DNA of 63,719 nucleotides, filler included, from Catajapyx aquilonaris (Eukaryota): assembly GCA_000934665.2 (NCBI GenBank). It is 2 parts of 2 records of this genome, joined end to end, with 100 filler letters (N's around TTAATTAATTAA, not from the genome) between each part and the next. Parts side by side here need not be neighbours in the genome. Positions count along the whole stretch, not along the records: positions 31,924 to 63,719 come from KZ539155.1; 1 more part is not named here. One strand, written 5' to 3'. The notes under the pieces were generated by a model, which saw only the letters and a list, made by a program, of their open reading frames with translations, had not been told where the DNA came from and did no database searches. Both the position numbers and the translations under genes were made by a program. This document shows, piece by piece, positions 34,901-49,400 of the stretch; position 1 is the first letter of the stretch, and the number at the start of each line of letters is the position of its first letter.

Positions 34901-37900
34901 CTATCCCAACAAGTCGCATGTTGTTGCCTCCGGGGCGCCATGGGAGCATTCTTTTGCTAACCAAATTGACCTGATTTGCCTGAGTCTGTTTGTCTGCAAA
35001 GGCCATTGAGGACCCCTTCCCCTCCCAAGTCCTCGGTTAGCTTGCAGACTCAACCAGCCCCACCATTTTATGTCTTCTCTAGGGAACACGACAGATCGCC
35101 GCCCATAACTTTTGCCCTTCAACGACTTTTCTCTTTCCGTCAATATAGGGCGTGTTCCGATTCAAGGGACAGTTATTTCCGCAAAAAGCTCATTAATTTT
35201 AAGTAGTCGCTATTAGGCGGTGTTACAAATATTTGTTGCTATCTATCACGTTGTAACGATGCGTCCTAAATTGCATTTCTGATATTACGACGTGTAATTC
35301 ACATTCTGAGCCAAAATAATCCATAGTATATAAAAAAGGTACTTACTAAGTACACTTGATTGAACGTCATGTTTACATGGATGCAATTTTTTTGAGGTTA
35401 TTTATTCGTGAACCTAATGAATGCCATCGGATTAGCAAACCTTGGCCAATGCAGCTGTATTGATTTATACTTTGGGAGGGTTTTTGGGGGAGGGGGTGGC
35501 GCTATGGAGCCAGATGCTCCATCCTATACATATTTGAATACCGGAATTTTTTGAGCATGTATATAGCTAGCCCTGCTGGATGCAGGTCACACCGCATGTT
35601 GGGAGGGATTACAGGTAGATAGAGGATAGGGGGGGACACCAACTGCATTATGTGAGGATTACAACCGGGAAAATATTACCTAGAAAAATGTGTATGGACA
35701 TTTCATGGGGGTTTATGTGTTGTACTGGTATTGGCCCCGGGGCGAGAAAGACCCGGGGTTATTTTTTGGTATACCTCCAGGCCCTTTCCCTTCCTGACAC
35801 AGGAAAAAAAAAATCTGGTCAATTAATGTTCAGGCCTGGATGGAAATTCGTGTCATGTATAATCGTGCGTGTGGAAATCCAGCATTGGAGGGTTGATTCG
35901 CTGCAGTATGCAAGCAGCAAAGGCAGGAAGACTGTTTGTGCAGCGAACTTGCTCCGAAAAGACGTACCGTTTGCCTCCGGCATACCAATCAGGTACAGTG
36001 TCCTACAATGCAACCTACTGATTCAGCCGTATATCCCAACTAGTCATCCTCGAATTTTGCACCAATAATATTTCTGGACCACGTGCTCTAGAGTCTAGAG
36101 GATGGGTACCACACGTTTTCCTTGATGCAAGATGCCTGTACCCGTCAATTAGAGGATGAACTCTCCGTAGCCTTTTGAGTGGGAACAGGATGCATTTCCA
36201 TCGACTTAATTAAGAATCACTTAGACTTTTCCGAGTGTCAATTTAAGTCGTCAATCTCTCATTATGCACCCTTTTCCCCTCCCACTTTCCATATTCATTC
36301 CTTGCTACTTTTGAGACTGGTTTTGTGGGGACTGAAGGAAGGTACTACCTTCCAAGAGCTGCGAGAAAATGTGCGTGAAACTCTCCGAGGTCTAACTTTC
36401 CAAGGCTGTCCAAATACACCCGCAGTTGCCTACTGTAGATCCGAAGACTTTGTATGAGCAAAGTTTGCATAGCCTTCATTAAGCAGAGGAAACCTCCCAA
36501 ATTGAAGGAAAGATCCTTGGGCTACATCCTCTCTGCACAATTACTCTTGCATTGAACTGCCTCCAGCAGGATAAAAAAAAAGTTAATATTTAAACGCATT
36601 AGAAATCCATATCGCTCATCATTTAATGTTTCTCATGATTTCTCTTTTAATTTTGCGATAATTTGATGGACACTCAATGTCTAATTTTTGGGATAACTCT
36701 TTTGGGCTTCCATCAGCTATATAACGAGCAGGATCTGGTATATACTTGGTTGAACTGCTCTGTCAAGTTGTTCATCTTGACCTGGATCTTCTCTCGGTGG
36801 GTCGCTGTCAGAGACTCGAGCGACTTATTGGGACGCACCCTTCGCATCCGTGAGAACCACTTGAGAGCACCCAGATCTCTCTCTCTCTCTCCCTTCTCCC
36901 AAAATGGAGAATTTGCACTCGGGAGGCGTTAGTGTGGGAAGGAATAAGGCTTCTCCCTCAACCTCCGAATGGATCTCCACGGACTCGTAATAACTTCACC
37001 AGGCTCCGGTCTTCTTTATGGCCAGGTGCGTATCGGAGGAGATCAGGGCGAGAAAGAAAGAAAAAAAAATATGAAGTTCCCTCACGTACTATAAGGATTG
37101 GTCACCTACATCTTCATTATTTGTAGATTAGCACGTTTATCTAATTAGCAGCAGGTATGAGCAAAAAGATGGATGTTCAATATCCAACCATAGAAAATCA
37201 ATGTGTTCTATAGTCATTGCTTGTCAGAATGCTATAAAAAATTTGATGTCGTCATCAATATTTCCCATTCGTACACAAATGGTGATTCCATTGGTTGATA
37301 ATTATGTATTAATTAATTAAACACCCCAAATTGGAGGGCGAAATAGTTTTGCTTATGCCAGCGGTGATAAATCTTGGAAATTCTCTATATATTTTTCAGA
37401 GAAAGGTGGAATATTTCACAGGATGCTGTTCGATATCGTGCGGTGACGCAAGGCCTGAGGGCTTCAAATCGGGTTTGGAAATTCTGTATTGTTTTTCTAA
37501 TTCACCTACGGGCCTGAATCAATAGGCATTTCCCCCCACCCCCACCTCCCTCCCCCGTTTGCTATGATCGAGTTACTGGTATGCAGCTGGAATACATGCA
37601 ACATCATAATACGAGTCGCTTCTTGTCATACTCGCGTTTCCCTGTCTAACTGGTAACTCTAGTATAATGAGTTGATTAATTATTCAAGCTCCACTCAAAA
37701 AACTACAGGTGGAAAAAAAATGTAAGACCAATAATTCGGGCAGCTCGAAAGTCAATATGCTAAACGGATATGGATATGAACAGAATACAAAAATTGGTCC
37801 CGAGGGGGATGGAAGTCAACAATATGGGGGGGGGGGGCATACATAATGTATGACCCGAGCCTGTATTGACGCGCAATAAAAACGTCGCGTTGCTGTGAAG

Positions 37901-39480
37901 TGTGAATTGTATTTCACAAAACAACGTAAAGAGATTTGTAGATAACATGTGTTCGACATCCGGTTGGAGTGATGTACGCCACAAGTGTCTCATCCATTTT
38001 TTGAGGGGCGGGGAGGGAATGAGGGAGGGGGGGAGGGTTGTCACTGTATCTTTTTAATGGATGACGTGACAGTGTGGAGAGTGACGTCGGCATGGACGCG
38101 TGGAATGCCGGGCTAATTAATTAATGGTGGTGTAGGACAGAGTCTTGCTGAGTCCATCACTCACGAATCAATTAGCATATATCCGCTTGCACGGACAGGT
38201 GTATCATCGATTAGTTACTCCGCAGATTTTAAAGTCGTCAGACAGGTGTGGAGCTAAGCCTGATGAGCTTTAAATAACCTAACCTAACCTGACGTTATCC
38301 GGACAAAGTATCGTTAGGGCAAGCATTACATTACAAATATTTGATATTGTTTCAGCGTTTGAAGCCATAAATATTGCAAACAGCAGTCACACCCAGCCAA
38401 CTGCAGGTGCGTAACACTGACCAAAACAAGTTCTGGACTAAAATATTCAAACACTATAGCATGTCACATGTTGTTTTGTGTAGGACACAATAGTGTAAAC
38501 CAAACTGCCACTTTCATCACAGTTCAGGTATGGTACATTAGATAATATTTATACCTCAGCTGGTTGTTGACAGAAGGAGTTCACTTTATATAAGTTATAG
38601 AAAAGCTTGTCTGAAATTATTATATGAAACACCCTGTTTAGGAACTGAAGAGATAGCCGAAAAGCTTTTCTCTCCACAGTCTGAGCCGTTTTGTTCCTTA
38701 ATGTTTAACCCATTGGTTCCCGGAGAATCCGGAGCCTCCCATCTTTTTTGCGAATCCTCAAGTGTCGACAGGGGTTCGGAGCCAGCTGCGTCCAGCACTT
38801 GACTTGTGCCAACCAGACCCCGAAATCTAATTTTCCTGATTGGAATGGACCCTCGAAAATGTGCCCCAGCTTTAGTACGCACCGTCTTGGAAGGAATAAA
38901 ACCTCGTTTGAGCCTCCATCAAGCCAGACCCTTCAAACTCAAACACGAGATTCTATCCGGGAGAGAAGCCCAAAACCGGTCGTGTGCTGGGGGAGGGGGA
39001 AGGGGGGGGGAGGTGGGGGAAGGAGGAGAAAAGGGGGCCATAAGTTAGGCGCTAACTGTATCATTTGACATTTACGACCCGAGCAAGAAATCGAATTCAT
39101 GGGCCAGGCTCAAAATATTATCTGATCTGCGGGAGGAAAGGAAACTATTCGCACACCTTCCAAACGACTATCTCGATGCCGCTGGAGGGCCCTTTCTGAT
39201 GGACCCCGCGGACTTGTACTTACTTTTTTTTCGTTCCCTCCTTCCCTTTTGCTCCTTTTTTTATCGACTTGGTGCTATATATTTTATCTTACACCTATAG
39301 TTGGTGTTACTCGATAAAAGGATCTGTTGCTTGATCGGTTTCGGCTCGTGTCGCGATAATTTTTACTGCGGTTTGTTCCTAATAATAGTGTGGATAGCGA
39401 AAGAGTGAAACTTTATTTATCAATAACCCAGCAGGATTTCGCGAATATAATTTTGTTTAAATTTCATATATCCACATCTA

Positions 39481-40402
39481 GTCCGGGCCCTAAGCGCAAA
39501 AATCAGGCCTAACCTTGCATTTTGGGATAAGAATCGCCACTTGGCACATATGTTCCCTAGGCCTATAGGAGCAATTCCAGAGTTGCAGACAACTGATCGA
39601 CCCCTTAGGTCACGAGTTATGCGGTGTTGCCAAAATGGCCTGGGATGACCTGAGCGTTTTTAACGTCGCATTTTGTGATAAGAAGGTACCGCTTGGCACA
39701 TATGTTCCCTAGGTCTGTAGGAGTCGTTTGAGACATGGCGGCACTTGATCTGCTCCTTAGGTCAGGAGTTATGCGGTGTTGCCAACCTGGTTCTGGACCT
39801 AAGCGTTTTGAACCATTTTTAACTTTGCATTTTGGGATAAGAAGGTGCCACTTGGTACATATGTTTCTTAGGCCTATAAGAGCAATTTCAGAGTTGCAGG
39901 CAACTGATCGACCCCTTAGGTCACGAGTTCTGCGGTGTTGCCAACCTGATCAGGGAACTAAGCCTTTTAACTCGGCACTTTGTGATAAGAAGGTGCCACT
40001 TGGCAGACATGTTCCCTAGGTCTATAGGATCCATTTGAGAGATGGCGGCACGTAATCGGCTCCTTAGGTGAGGCGTTATGCGGTGTTGCCAACATGGTCC
40101 GGGACCTAATCATAACCGCATAACTCGTGACCTAAGGAGCCGATCAAGTGCCGCCATGTCTCAAACGACTCCTACAGACCTAGGGAACATATGTGCCAAG
40201 CGGTACCTTCTTATCACAAAATGCGACGTTAAAAACGCTCATGTCATCCCAGGCCATGTTGGCAACACCGCATAACTCGTGACCTAAGGGGCCGATTAGT
40301 TGCCTGCAACTCTGGAATTGCTCCTATAGGCCTAGGGAACATATGTGCCAAGTGGAACCTTCTTATCACAAAATGCAAGGTTAAGACGCTTAGGGCCCGG
40401 AC
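39481..40402. mobile_element. Foldback element built of ~150-bp tandem units (about 4 forward, 2 inverted), TA flanks
   Basis: Ends gtccgggccctaagcg / cgcttagggcccggac with TA on both sides; repeated core gataagaaggt.cc.cttggcacatatgttccctagg..ttaggtca.gagttatgcggtgttgccaa. Confidence 0.88.
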
Positions 40403-43400
40403 TAATCAGTTTTAGTAACAAAAATTTATACTATTCGGGCATTTTTTTAAAATATATTAACATGCCATTGGGAGTTTTTAAAAATTGCAGTTGTACATAT
40501 GATTTTAAAGTCCGGCTATCAGCAGTGGGGATATAAGTATTTCAACCAGTAATAATATTAGGCACAACATGGCTAGAAATTATCAAAATTTAAACAGATC
40601 TTCTGCTGGCATCGTGATTTTTTCTCCCTTCAAATACTGCCGCCTAAGAGATGATTGATTGGAGTACAATTTCGATCAAGAGATGGAACGTTGAGATAAG
40701 CGGGTTTGGTATAATTATATCAAAGTTTGTAAAAGGCCGATTTGGAAACAATTTGTCAGGTATAGGAACCAGGTAAAGGCTTGAATATTGATTGCAATTT
40801 TCCGATATCCGGAGAACTTGCAGGTATCTGAAGCTTGATCCATTCCGGAGCTATTAGCTCCGGTAGCATTATTTAAGCAGAAGCTAATCGCCGAATCCGG
40901 CCCGATATCGTCACATCACTTCAGACGTTTCTGCAGCATTCAAAGTCACGCGGAGGAAACTCAAGGGAGGGAAAGTAATTAGTGGGGGGGGGGAACTGCA
41001 AAAATTAATTGCAGGGAACAGTTAAACCTCGATTCAACCAAGCAGTTAACGCACCACCAAAAAATTATCCGGTACTACTCGAGATAATTTTAATCATTCT
41101 TTTTTACGCCCCGGAAAGTCTCCTGTGCATTACACAATAGCCAATATGAGGCCAGAACCGCTTTAAAGAATCGTTTCCCTTAAAAAGTGGGGCTGTAAAG
41201 TTTTGGCTAACATGGTTTGCGACCCGCGGCATAAAGCACAAGTTGTGTAGGCGGAAACCTCGTAAAAAGACCCTCCCTTTAAAAAAAAAAGGAGTGGTTG
41301 TAATTGCCAAGATGGCCGGCGGGACTCGAGGGGGGCATGAAAAGCCCATTTAAATATGGATGCGAGGAAATTATCTCCGCATAAGTCTAGCGGCTCAAGC
41401 AAGCAAAGCAGAGTCTCCCTCCATTCCTTTCCGGTGGGATTGCCTTAACTGTAATCAGGCTGTTGTGAAAAGCAGTGACTAAATAAACCCGCAGGCAATC
41501 CGGGCGTGACCCCGGACAGCCCCCCGGATTCTTCTCCGGCCACTAATCATCTTTATGATGGCGGAGGCCCTCCGGAGACGTGTCCGGATCTGCCTTTTCG
41601 CAGCCTCCAAAAAGCCCCGCTCTCTATACCCATAGCTGCTAGACTCAGCTGCTGCATTCCGTTGTCCTGAGAGAAGCCAATTTGAGGCCAGACTAGGACC
41701 ACCGGAGTGACGACCAGTTTTTTTTTTCTTCATCCCATACCACAGCAAAAGCCTCCTGAGGACAAACACTATGGCGCAATGCGGTCCAACTTTACTTACG
41801 GAAGAATGACTCAGGTCACGCCCACATGACAGACGGAATCAGTATATATGTTTCACCACAAAAATTTAAGATCATGTAAGCCTCCATGGTACTGTTTAAA
41901 TTTGATCAGCCTTGTACCTGGTTGAGCATGACTTTTAGGTCGAGTGTCATCCGCAAAAAGTGCTTCAAGTGCACCTGCATGCTCGACCTATCCGGCATTG
42001 AACAAAAGGTTCCTCCCCTTATTGGATTTCGATAGTGCCTCTGACCTTCTTCCTTCCTTCCTTCTCTCTGCTTCTGTTGGGAAAAGATCCCCGGCGACAC
42101 AAAAGGAGGACACGGACAAAAAAAAAAAGGAGGAAAGAAGAGGGGGCGGGATGTGTCAATAAACTTTGCATCAGGGACTCTTGCCGTCTTGCTCTACAAC
42201 AAACCATTTGTCCTGTTTTTTTTATCTCCATCACTGCCCAGGATTTGTCAACTGAGGCCATATCGACACCTGAAAAAAAAAAATCTGAAATTTTTGGGTG
42301 GCCCACACCCTGGATTTCACGACAGTGATGCAGCATACGCCATCTCATATGTCAAGTGAAAATAACGCTGCAAACATTGCGCATTGTGACCATAATTTGG
42401 CGAAAAACCGTACCCGGTATGACTATGCAGCATTTGAAAGTGGGTCCCGTCCCATTAATACGTAATGGCAACCATCAGTATGAAATCATCCCGATCGGAA
42501 ATGACACAGTTGATTAATTTGTGGCGCAATATCCGAGAATGACGGGCAATGGGAACAAACCCGTCAGGTCTCATTATTATTACCCATGGTTTCGGATGCA
42601 AGTTCGGTCAAAACCCGATTGGTATTACCTCATCTCGCACCCGCGGTGCTGTGTTGTCGCAGACCTCTTTTTTTAGGACCAACTTTTTTTTTTTTAACTT
42701 GGAAGAAGAAAAAAAAGGGCGTACCTGCTCGGAATGGTTTCGGTTCCGGCGCCAAGTTCTACTCACGTTCGCCGACAGATGCCAATCCAGCTTCCGGACG
42801 CCAAATGAGGATTATTGGCAGAAGAGTACGCAGTTGGGAAGACCAAACTGAATCCACTGCATGTACCGTCGTGAGCAAAATGTTTTTTTATATATATATT
42901 TTTGGTCAAGGTGTTTCGGAAGAGTCTTTTGGCTCACAGTCTCCAAACCCAAACACGTGTTACAATAGGGAGTTTTTTTTAATTATTGGCCCAGCTCTAC
43001 CCTAATTGGTTATACTACCAGCAAGCGTAGACAATGGCCCTTCTCGCTTCCAACAACAAAAAAAGTTGGGTTAAAATACGGGCTGTGGAGTTTATCAGGA
43101 GCCCAGGCACACATATACCCCTATAAAAATGGCGTCCCCAGTCAACACTATCACTTGAACCGGCGGCCCAATTTCGAATCAAACAAATTCCCTTTGTAAA
43201 TTCGAGCTTCCATGCAGCCTGATTACGAGCCCATCTCAAACCCGTATGCAAATAACCATCCGTTTGCCCCCCCCACCCCCTCTCTCTCTCGGTGAAACAT
43301 AATAGCCTCTCGTTACTCTTCCCCCCCCCCCTCCCTCTTTTTCCACTATATGAATGACAGTGACACGTGATAGTACCAGTCAGGCGTCGTCCCATGGAAA

Positions 43401-46400
43401 CCCTTGTCAGGACCATACCGCAATTTGCCTACCACANTCCCTCCATTTTTGCATCAGCTCAGGATTGACGCACGCCATGAATTATGAATGGCTTCTTTTT
43501 CTGTTGCGGGGATTCCCCGCGAGAATTAAACCCCCCCCCTCCCCTTCCCCCCATCCCCATCCCTCCACCCCCCTCCTAGCACCGTCACGTCTATTACGAG
43601 CGTTACCTGCCCAATTTTGTAAATCTAGGACTGACAGCCGGCTGTCCTGGGACTGTCCTCTCTTTTCCTTAACATCGCGCAAGTCCGATGCGGCGGCGGC
43701 GCCTCGTTGATCCTATAATGGCCCCCGGAAAATTAATCACAGCGCAAATATTTTGCCTTTGATTAATAAAGTATAAAAGCTGGTTAATTAGCGGTGGCTG
43801 GAATACGTATAGGCTTGGTAGCCAAAAAAAAAATTAATTGCCAGAGATGCATGATTGGCCGGTGTTCGATCGGTGAGAATTTATTAGGCATGGATATGTT
43901 TTGGACAACTGTCCATCTTTCCTGTCGTGATCAACTGATAAGCATCTAGGTCACTCCTGACCCGTACAACCGAGCAACTTTGTGCTGCCAGGACGCATTC
44001 AGGCTGACGAATGACATTTCATCCAGGAAGGGAAAACCAAATGAGTGGGGATAGACTAATCCGCAGACTCGGCTGTGCAAGGCCTGATGGCTTATTAAGC
44101 TTTAATTGGCCACTATCTTGGTTGAGGTGATGGACTCCCCCGGATCCTCTCATTTCGGGAGGCTGCTGGCTTGAAGGGGGGAGGGGGGGGGGAAAGGGAG
44201 GCTCCCACAGAGATGCTTTATAAAATTATGCATGCAGAAAGAGAGGAGGGGGAGGTGGCAGCCAGGCAAAGGCAAGGAGGGACAGAAAATGGCTTGAAAG
44301 TTTTATGAAGGCTCGACAGAGGTGCGTTACTCACAACTAGCTGTTTATATTCCGCCTTCCTCCGCCGCCGCCTCTTCGATCATTAGATCGCTGCATGTGG
44401 GAAGTTAATTGGCGGAATCAAGCTGGATTTGCTCGGATTTGGAGCCTACGGTGTTATGATGAAGATGATGAGGAAGGGGAAGTTGGCCCAAAGTCACACG
44501 GGATATATCTTCAAATGAGCGATATATCTGACCGCAGACAGAGAACCGGGTAGTTCTTCTGTCAAAAAAAAGTTTGACATCATTAAAGAATTTAAGGCCA
44601 GAACAGCAGCGTTTCCATGCGGAATGGCTTCCGACAAAAATACGACTTGATTACGTTACAGGAGGGCTGTCACACGTAGTCACCATCAGGGGCCCATTAG
44701 TGCATAAGTAACTTGAACTTCAAAGGACATTCAATAGCCCCCTCTTCTCTTCTGACTGGAATTAGCACACTGCGCAAAGCCAGCTCCAATGCTAGGGAAA
44801 CGACGACGCTCGTCGGTTATTTCCCAAAGTTAATGTCCCTTTACACCAAGTAGATTAAGACGCTTATTATGAGGGAACATATATATTTTATCATTAAAAC
44901 TGCATCTGGCGTTCAGAAATTTAGTCAACGATCAATCGATTTTTCAGATGCTTATTTACACATATTGCATGGCACCCAAATTATAGTATTTAAATTGGGA
45001 CATAGCGTAAAATAATTTGGCTTATTATCTACCCACGACAAACATGGCGCCGATCCTAATTATACGCAACTTTTAAATGGCCATCCTCTATACCGAATAT
45101 TGTTATTGGGCTATTAAAATATATTGTGGCATATTCAGCAATACAAATTAACGCTGCCAAAGTTTAATACTGCATGGCACGCGCCATAATTTATTACATA
45201 CATTTCCGCTTTGATGGGTACAGTATAGCGACATAATATTGTAATAACATGACAAGCCAGGGGGGAGTCATGGCATGTACGAAGACCGCAGAATTTTGAA
45301 ATAACTTAGTGCACCATAATCAATTTCCATGCGAGAGGGTTTTGCTCATGGCGGCGAAAACAAAAGCTTGCGGCTCCGGATTTCAACAAAATGATTTCCT
45401 TTTTGGCTTCCCCCGAAACCCAAAGCTTTTCCTTGAAGAAAATTGCTGCTCCTGACAGCTCCGTAATATTAAGTTGCGGCTGTTTGTTAACGGAAGAAGA
45501 AAAAACATCACTAATGAACCTCCCCTTTTCCTTGATGCTTATGATATTCGAAACTGTGTGTATAGAATGTACAGGAATCGGAAAAGACGTCGTCATATTG
45601 TGCATGGGGAAATTCTCGGGCATAGACTTACATGAATCATGATGTTAATCTAGCTTGCCAGATTACCAGATGAATATTCATAGGCCTTGCGACGGGGGCA
45701 GTAACTTCAAAAGCAGGGGAAGGTCTGACAAGCATCAATTCGCAACAAGCACGATTCGCTCCACATACATTTTTTTTCAGACGAGAAACAGACCTTTCGA
45801 CTTTTTTACAAAAAATTGTTAGAAATTTTTGATCCTCCAGGCCGCAAGTCACGAACCGGAGATACGTTTTGACGCCGATGAGCTTTCCAGCCCCAAAGGA
45901 CGCGCCTCGGAGATATCCTGCTGGAAATTTAAACATCGACTACATAATGAATTCAACCGGATTAACAATTCATCGACACCGAGGAAGGGGAGGTGCTTCT
46001 TGCCTCATAATAAATGATTGCCCCCCCCCCNCCCTCTCAACCAACGGCGCAAGACTGAACCTTTTGCACATCCGAGCAGATGACTCCAGGCTACACTTGC
46101 GGGCTGCCAATGCAAATTGGCGCACTTAACCAACTTTTAATCATAATCGTATTTCGCGCGTCAGTAGCTAATGTCGTCTTTGCCATGTTGCAAACTTTGT
46201 TCCTCTCACCGACCGTAACTTCACGACACGCAAGCAACTTTGACGAAACTGTGTCTCCTCATCCATTTTGATTTAATGCGGCTCTGATTACACGCACCAG
46301 ACAGTTGTCCCCTCGCCTGGAGTAATTACTAAGTAACGCCTTTTGCCTATTCTACAGGGACACGAGGGGGGGGAACAAGCCGGAGCTGAATCATATATTT

Positions 46401-49400
46401 CATAATGTGGGTCTGAATTATGCTAAGCCGGGGGGTGATGGTGAAGCAGGGTTTGCGAGAGAGAAAAAAATATTCATAATTAAAAAAATTAACGTCGAAA
46501 GAGCATACCAGCGGAACAGCCCATTTACCGTGAAATTTTTCTGGCAGAAAAATTCCGTCACGCGTGCCAACCCCCCATAAAATGTTTGCAATTCCTTCAT
46601 CAACCCCGGTGTGCTAAACAGGGTTGTTTACGTGCGCGTTTAAAAAAATGGCTTTAATTTTGCGTGGAGTGTAGTGTTGTTTCGCCACTTTTGCACCTGA
46701 GTCCGGCTGTGTTATATGTTTCTCTTTCAAGATGAATTCTCCCATAAGTGGGGACCAGAGCTCGTGTCACTTTCATGTTCATTCCGGCAGACATACAGAC
46801 CTTTAGGGTCTCACGTCAAATTACTCCGTACATTGCGTGGGCATGACAGAAGCGACAACTTCCAGTCGACATTTTTAGAGGGGGGGCAGAAGGGGGGGAA
46901 TTGCAGTGTAACATCATTAGCAGAAAAATGAGTAACAAGTTTTTAAAAAATGTCAACTTTTCGCAACGACGGGGTCAAAAATGATGCAACGTTTTTTTTT
47001 AAGATTGAAATGAGGGCAAGCATTACATAGTTTTTACCCCCCCCCCCTATTTGCATGAATAAGGGAGTATGTCACATCAAGAGCTCATTCATTTTGCTAT
47101 AATAATTCAGTTGACTCAAGCTCGCAAAATCTAGAATAAAATTACAAAGTAGCAACTGATTAATAAGCGCGCAAGAAAATTCCAAAAATGAAACAGGCAG
47201 CCCAAGATCAAAATTAAACTTTGACCACGCTTTAAATATTTTTTTTGTAATTTTTTTTTTACCTCGACCACCAGAGGTATGGCGTAAAATTAGAGCGGAA
47301 TCTGAACAGACTGATTGGACTGAATCTTTTCATCCACTAAAATTTTTTCTGGCCGCCACCGGCTGTAACCACGCTTCCTAGATATTGCCCGGGACTAAAC
47401 CTAGCTAAAAACCCCTATTTAATTAAATCCCATCATCTTGCTCCGCTATCTGCAGGCTTCCAAACTCATTCCTCCCACTCCAGCCCCCCTCTTCTCACAT
47501 ATGAACACTGTACCCACAGTAATTATTGATAAATTGGGGACTCTGATTATCACTAAAGGCCATTAATAATTTGTGATACCATTGTTTTGAAAGAAGCATC
47601 CATATATTGACAATTTGCAAAATGTTTGTCTCTGAAAATTACCAGTTCTGTTGCCAAGTGGGTCAATGCCTTAGTATTTTAAAAACATGCATTCGACCCA
47701 ATATTTTGACTTCATTTCTTTTTTGATTGCTCCTAAAAAGAAAATGTTTGATATGAAGCGACTTTGATGCCAATATATTTTTTTTCTAGCTGTTACGGAC
47801 GGTTGAAGCATCATTGTACTCCATAATAACAGTGGGATAATTAGACAGTGCTGCGTTAATCTTACAAAAGGCCTCATTGGCTTGACGCAATTACAGCGAC
47901 AAATGTAACGTTTCAGCGAATTGTTCGCGCTATAATATTTTTACACCAGCAGAGTCGGAGACTGTTTGAGTTGATGAGAATCCATGCTCGAATCGTAATT
48001 TCTCTCCGGGACTTGCTCTCTTTATAAGGGAAGCGAAAACTCGTGACGCACGTTTCGCATCTGCGTTGTGTCACCTAGCGACGCTTGATTAATGATGTCT
48101 GAGTAAAGCCGTGCAGATTATAAATCAGGTTACCGACGGTACTTTTTTATTATCGAAGAACACAAAAGGACAGGAGAGGAAAACTGAGCTTAAAATTTCG
48201 AGGACGTTGCCCAGGCGCCATCTGCATGTTCAGGATTATCTTTAACAGTAGTTTAATTAATAGCTTAATTAACAAGATTATAGATCTATACAACCTATAC
48301 TTCTGTAGCATTTCAATGTGTGAATTTAAGCTTTATCACATCATGTTCATTAGTTCTACATTGCGGTATCGTATGTATTATAACGCTTAACACGAGGTGA
48401 CTTCAGCAACATTATTTAACACACTGAAAAGTAATTTTAAATTTTCTCTCATAATTTGTTAGTCTGTATAGGGCCTAGAGTTGTACTGAAGAGGGAAGGG
48501 CGTACACTATAGTTATGTTGAACTTTTGCTTATTATATGCGCTAGTACCGCACAGTGTTACAAGTATATGCACTGCTTTAAAAAAGGCGTGTACTCCTGG
48601 GAACAAAAAAAAACTGTTGGTTTTTGCAAGTACTCGAATAGCTCCGGGGGCAAATTAATTATGGACCATTAAATAATGTTTACATTCCATAGAGAACTTT
48701 TAACGTGCTTGAAAGGGCAGTAGCAATATGAATTTTTCACTCCTAACAAACGAAATTTTTTTACAACTCCCAGGTGTTGTTTGTTATATTTTTAGCTGCA
48801 TGCTAAACAACAGTAGCAATAACTAACAACAAGAGTTATTAGCTCTTGCTAACAAGTGTTCTTGGTGTGTAATATAAGTTTACATGTTGTTGTCATTTTT
48901 TGGTAGTAATTATTGACACGTAGCTGATATATCAAGTCGTGTCACAATTTTTCTGTCGGTGCATCGTGCCAAACTCTATGATAAATACTGTGCGGCGAGA
49001 TAAATATCGAGCCAGGCGCCTTGCATCTGGGGTCGCAGATAGACAATGTTGGACCAGGTTCAAGCCTGCCGACATCTGTTTCCAAGGCGACTGATCGTCG
49101 CTTCGAAGCTCCAGAAAACAGCTTCCGAAAAGTTAGTGTTATGTAAATCACGGCCTATGATTCACTCCATTCCCCCAAGCACAGCAGGCAATGCGTTTTC
49201 AAAACGAAACGTCTGTCGCTGTCAATATTTATCTCCCACCCTTTTGAAAACCACCCTGCAACACAAATCCTGGTGAATCCCTAGTTTAATTTACTTCAAA
49301 ACCTCCCAGAAAAGCATGAAATGTGCTCCTGACAAGCGCTTAATAACATCAAAAGGCTCGCGCGTGTGTTTTTTTATGATCACAAGAGATGCTTCAGTGC

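Noticed and set aside
39481..40402. CRISPR-like array
   Set aside because: Units are ~150 bp with no unique spacers, partly inverted, in eukaryotic context.
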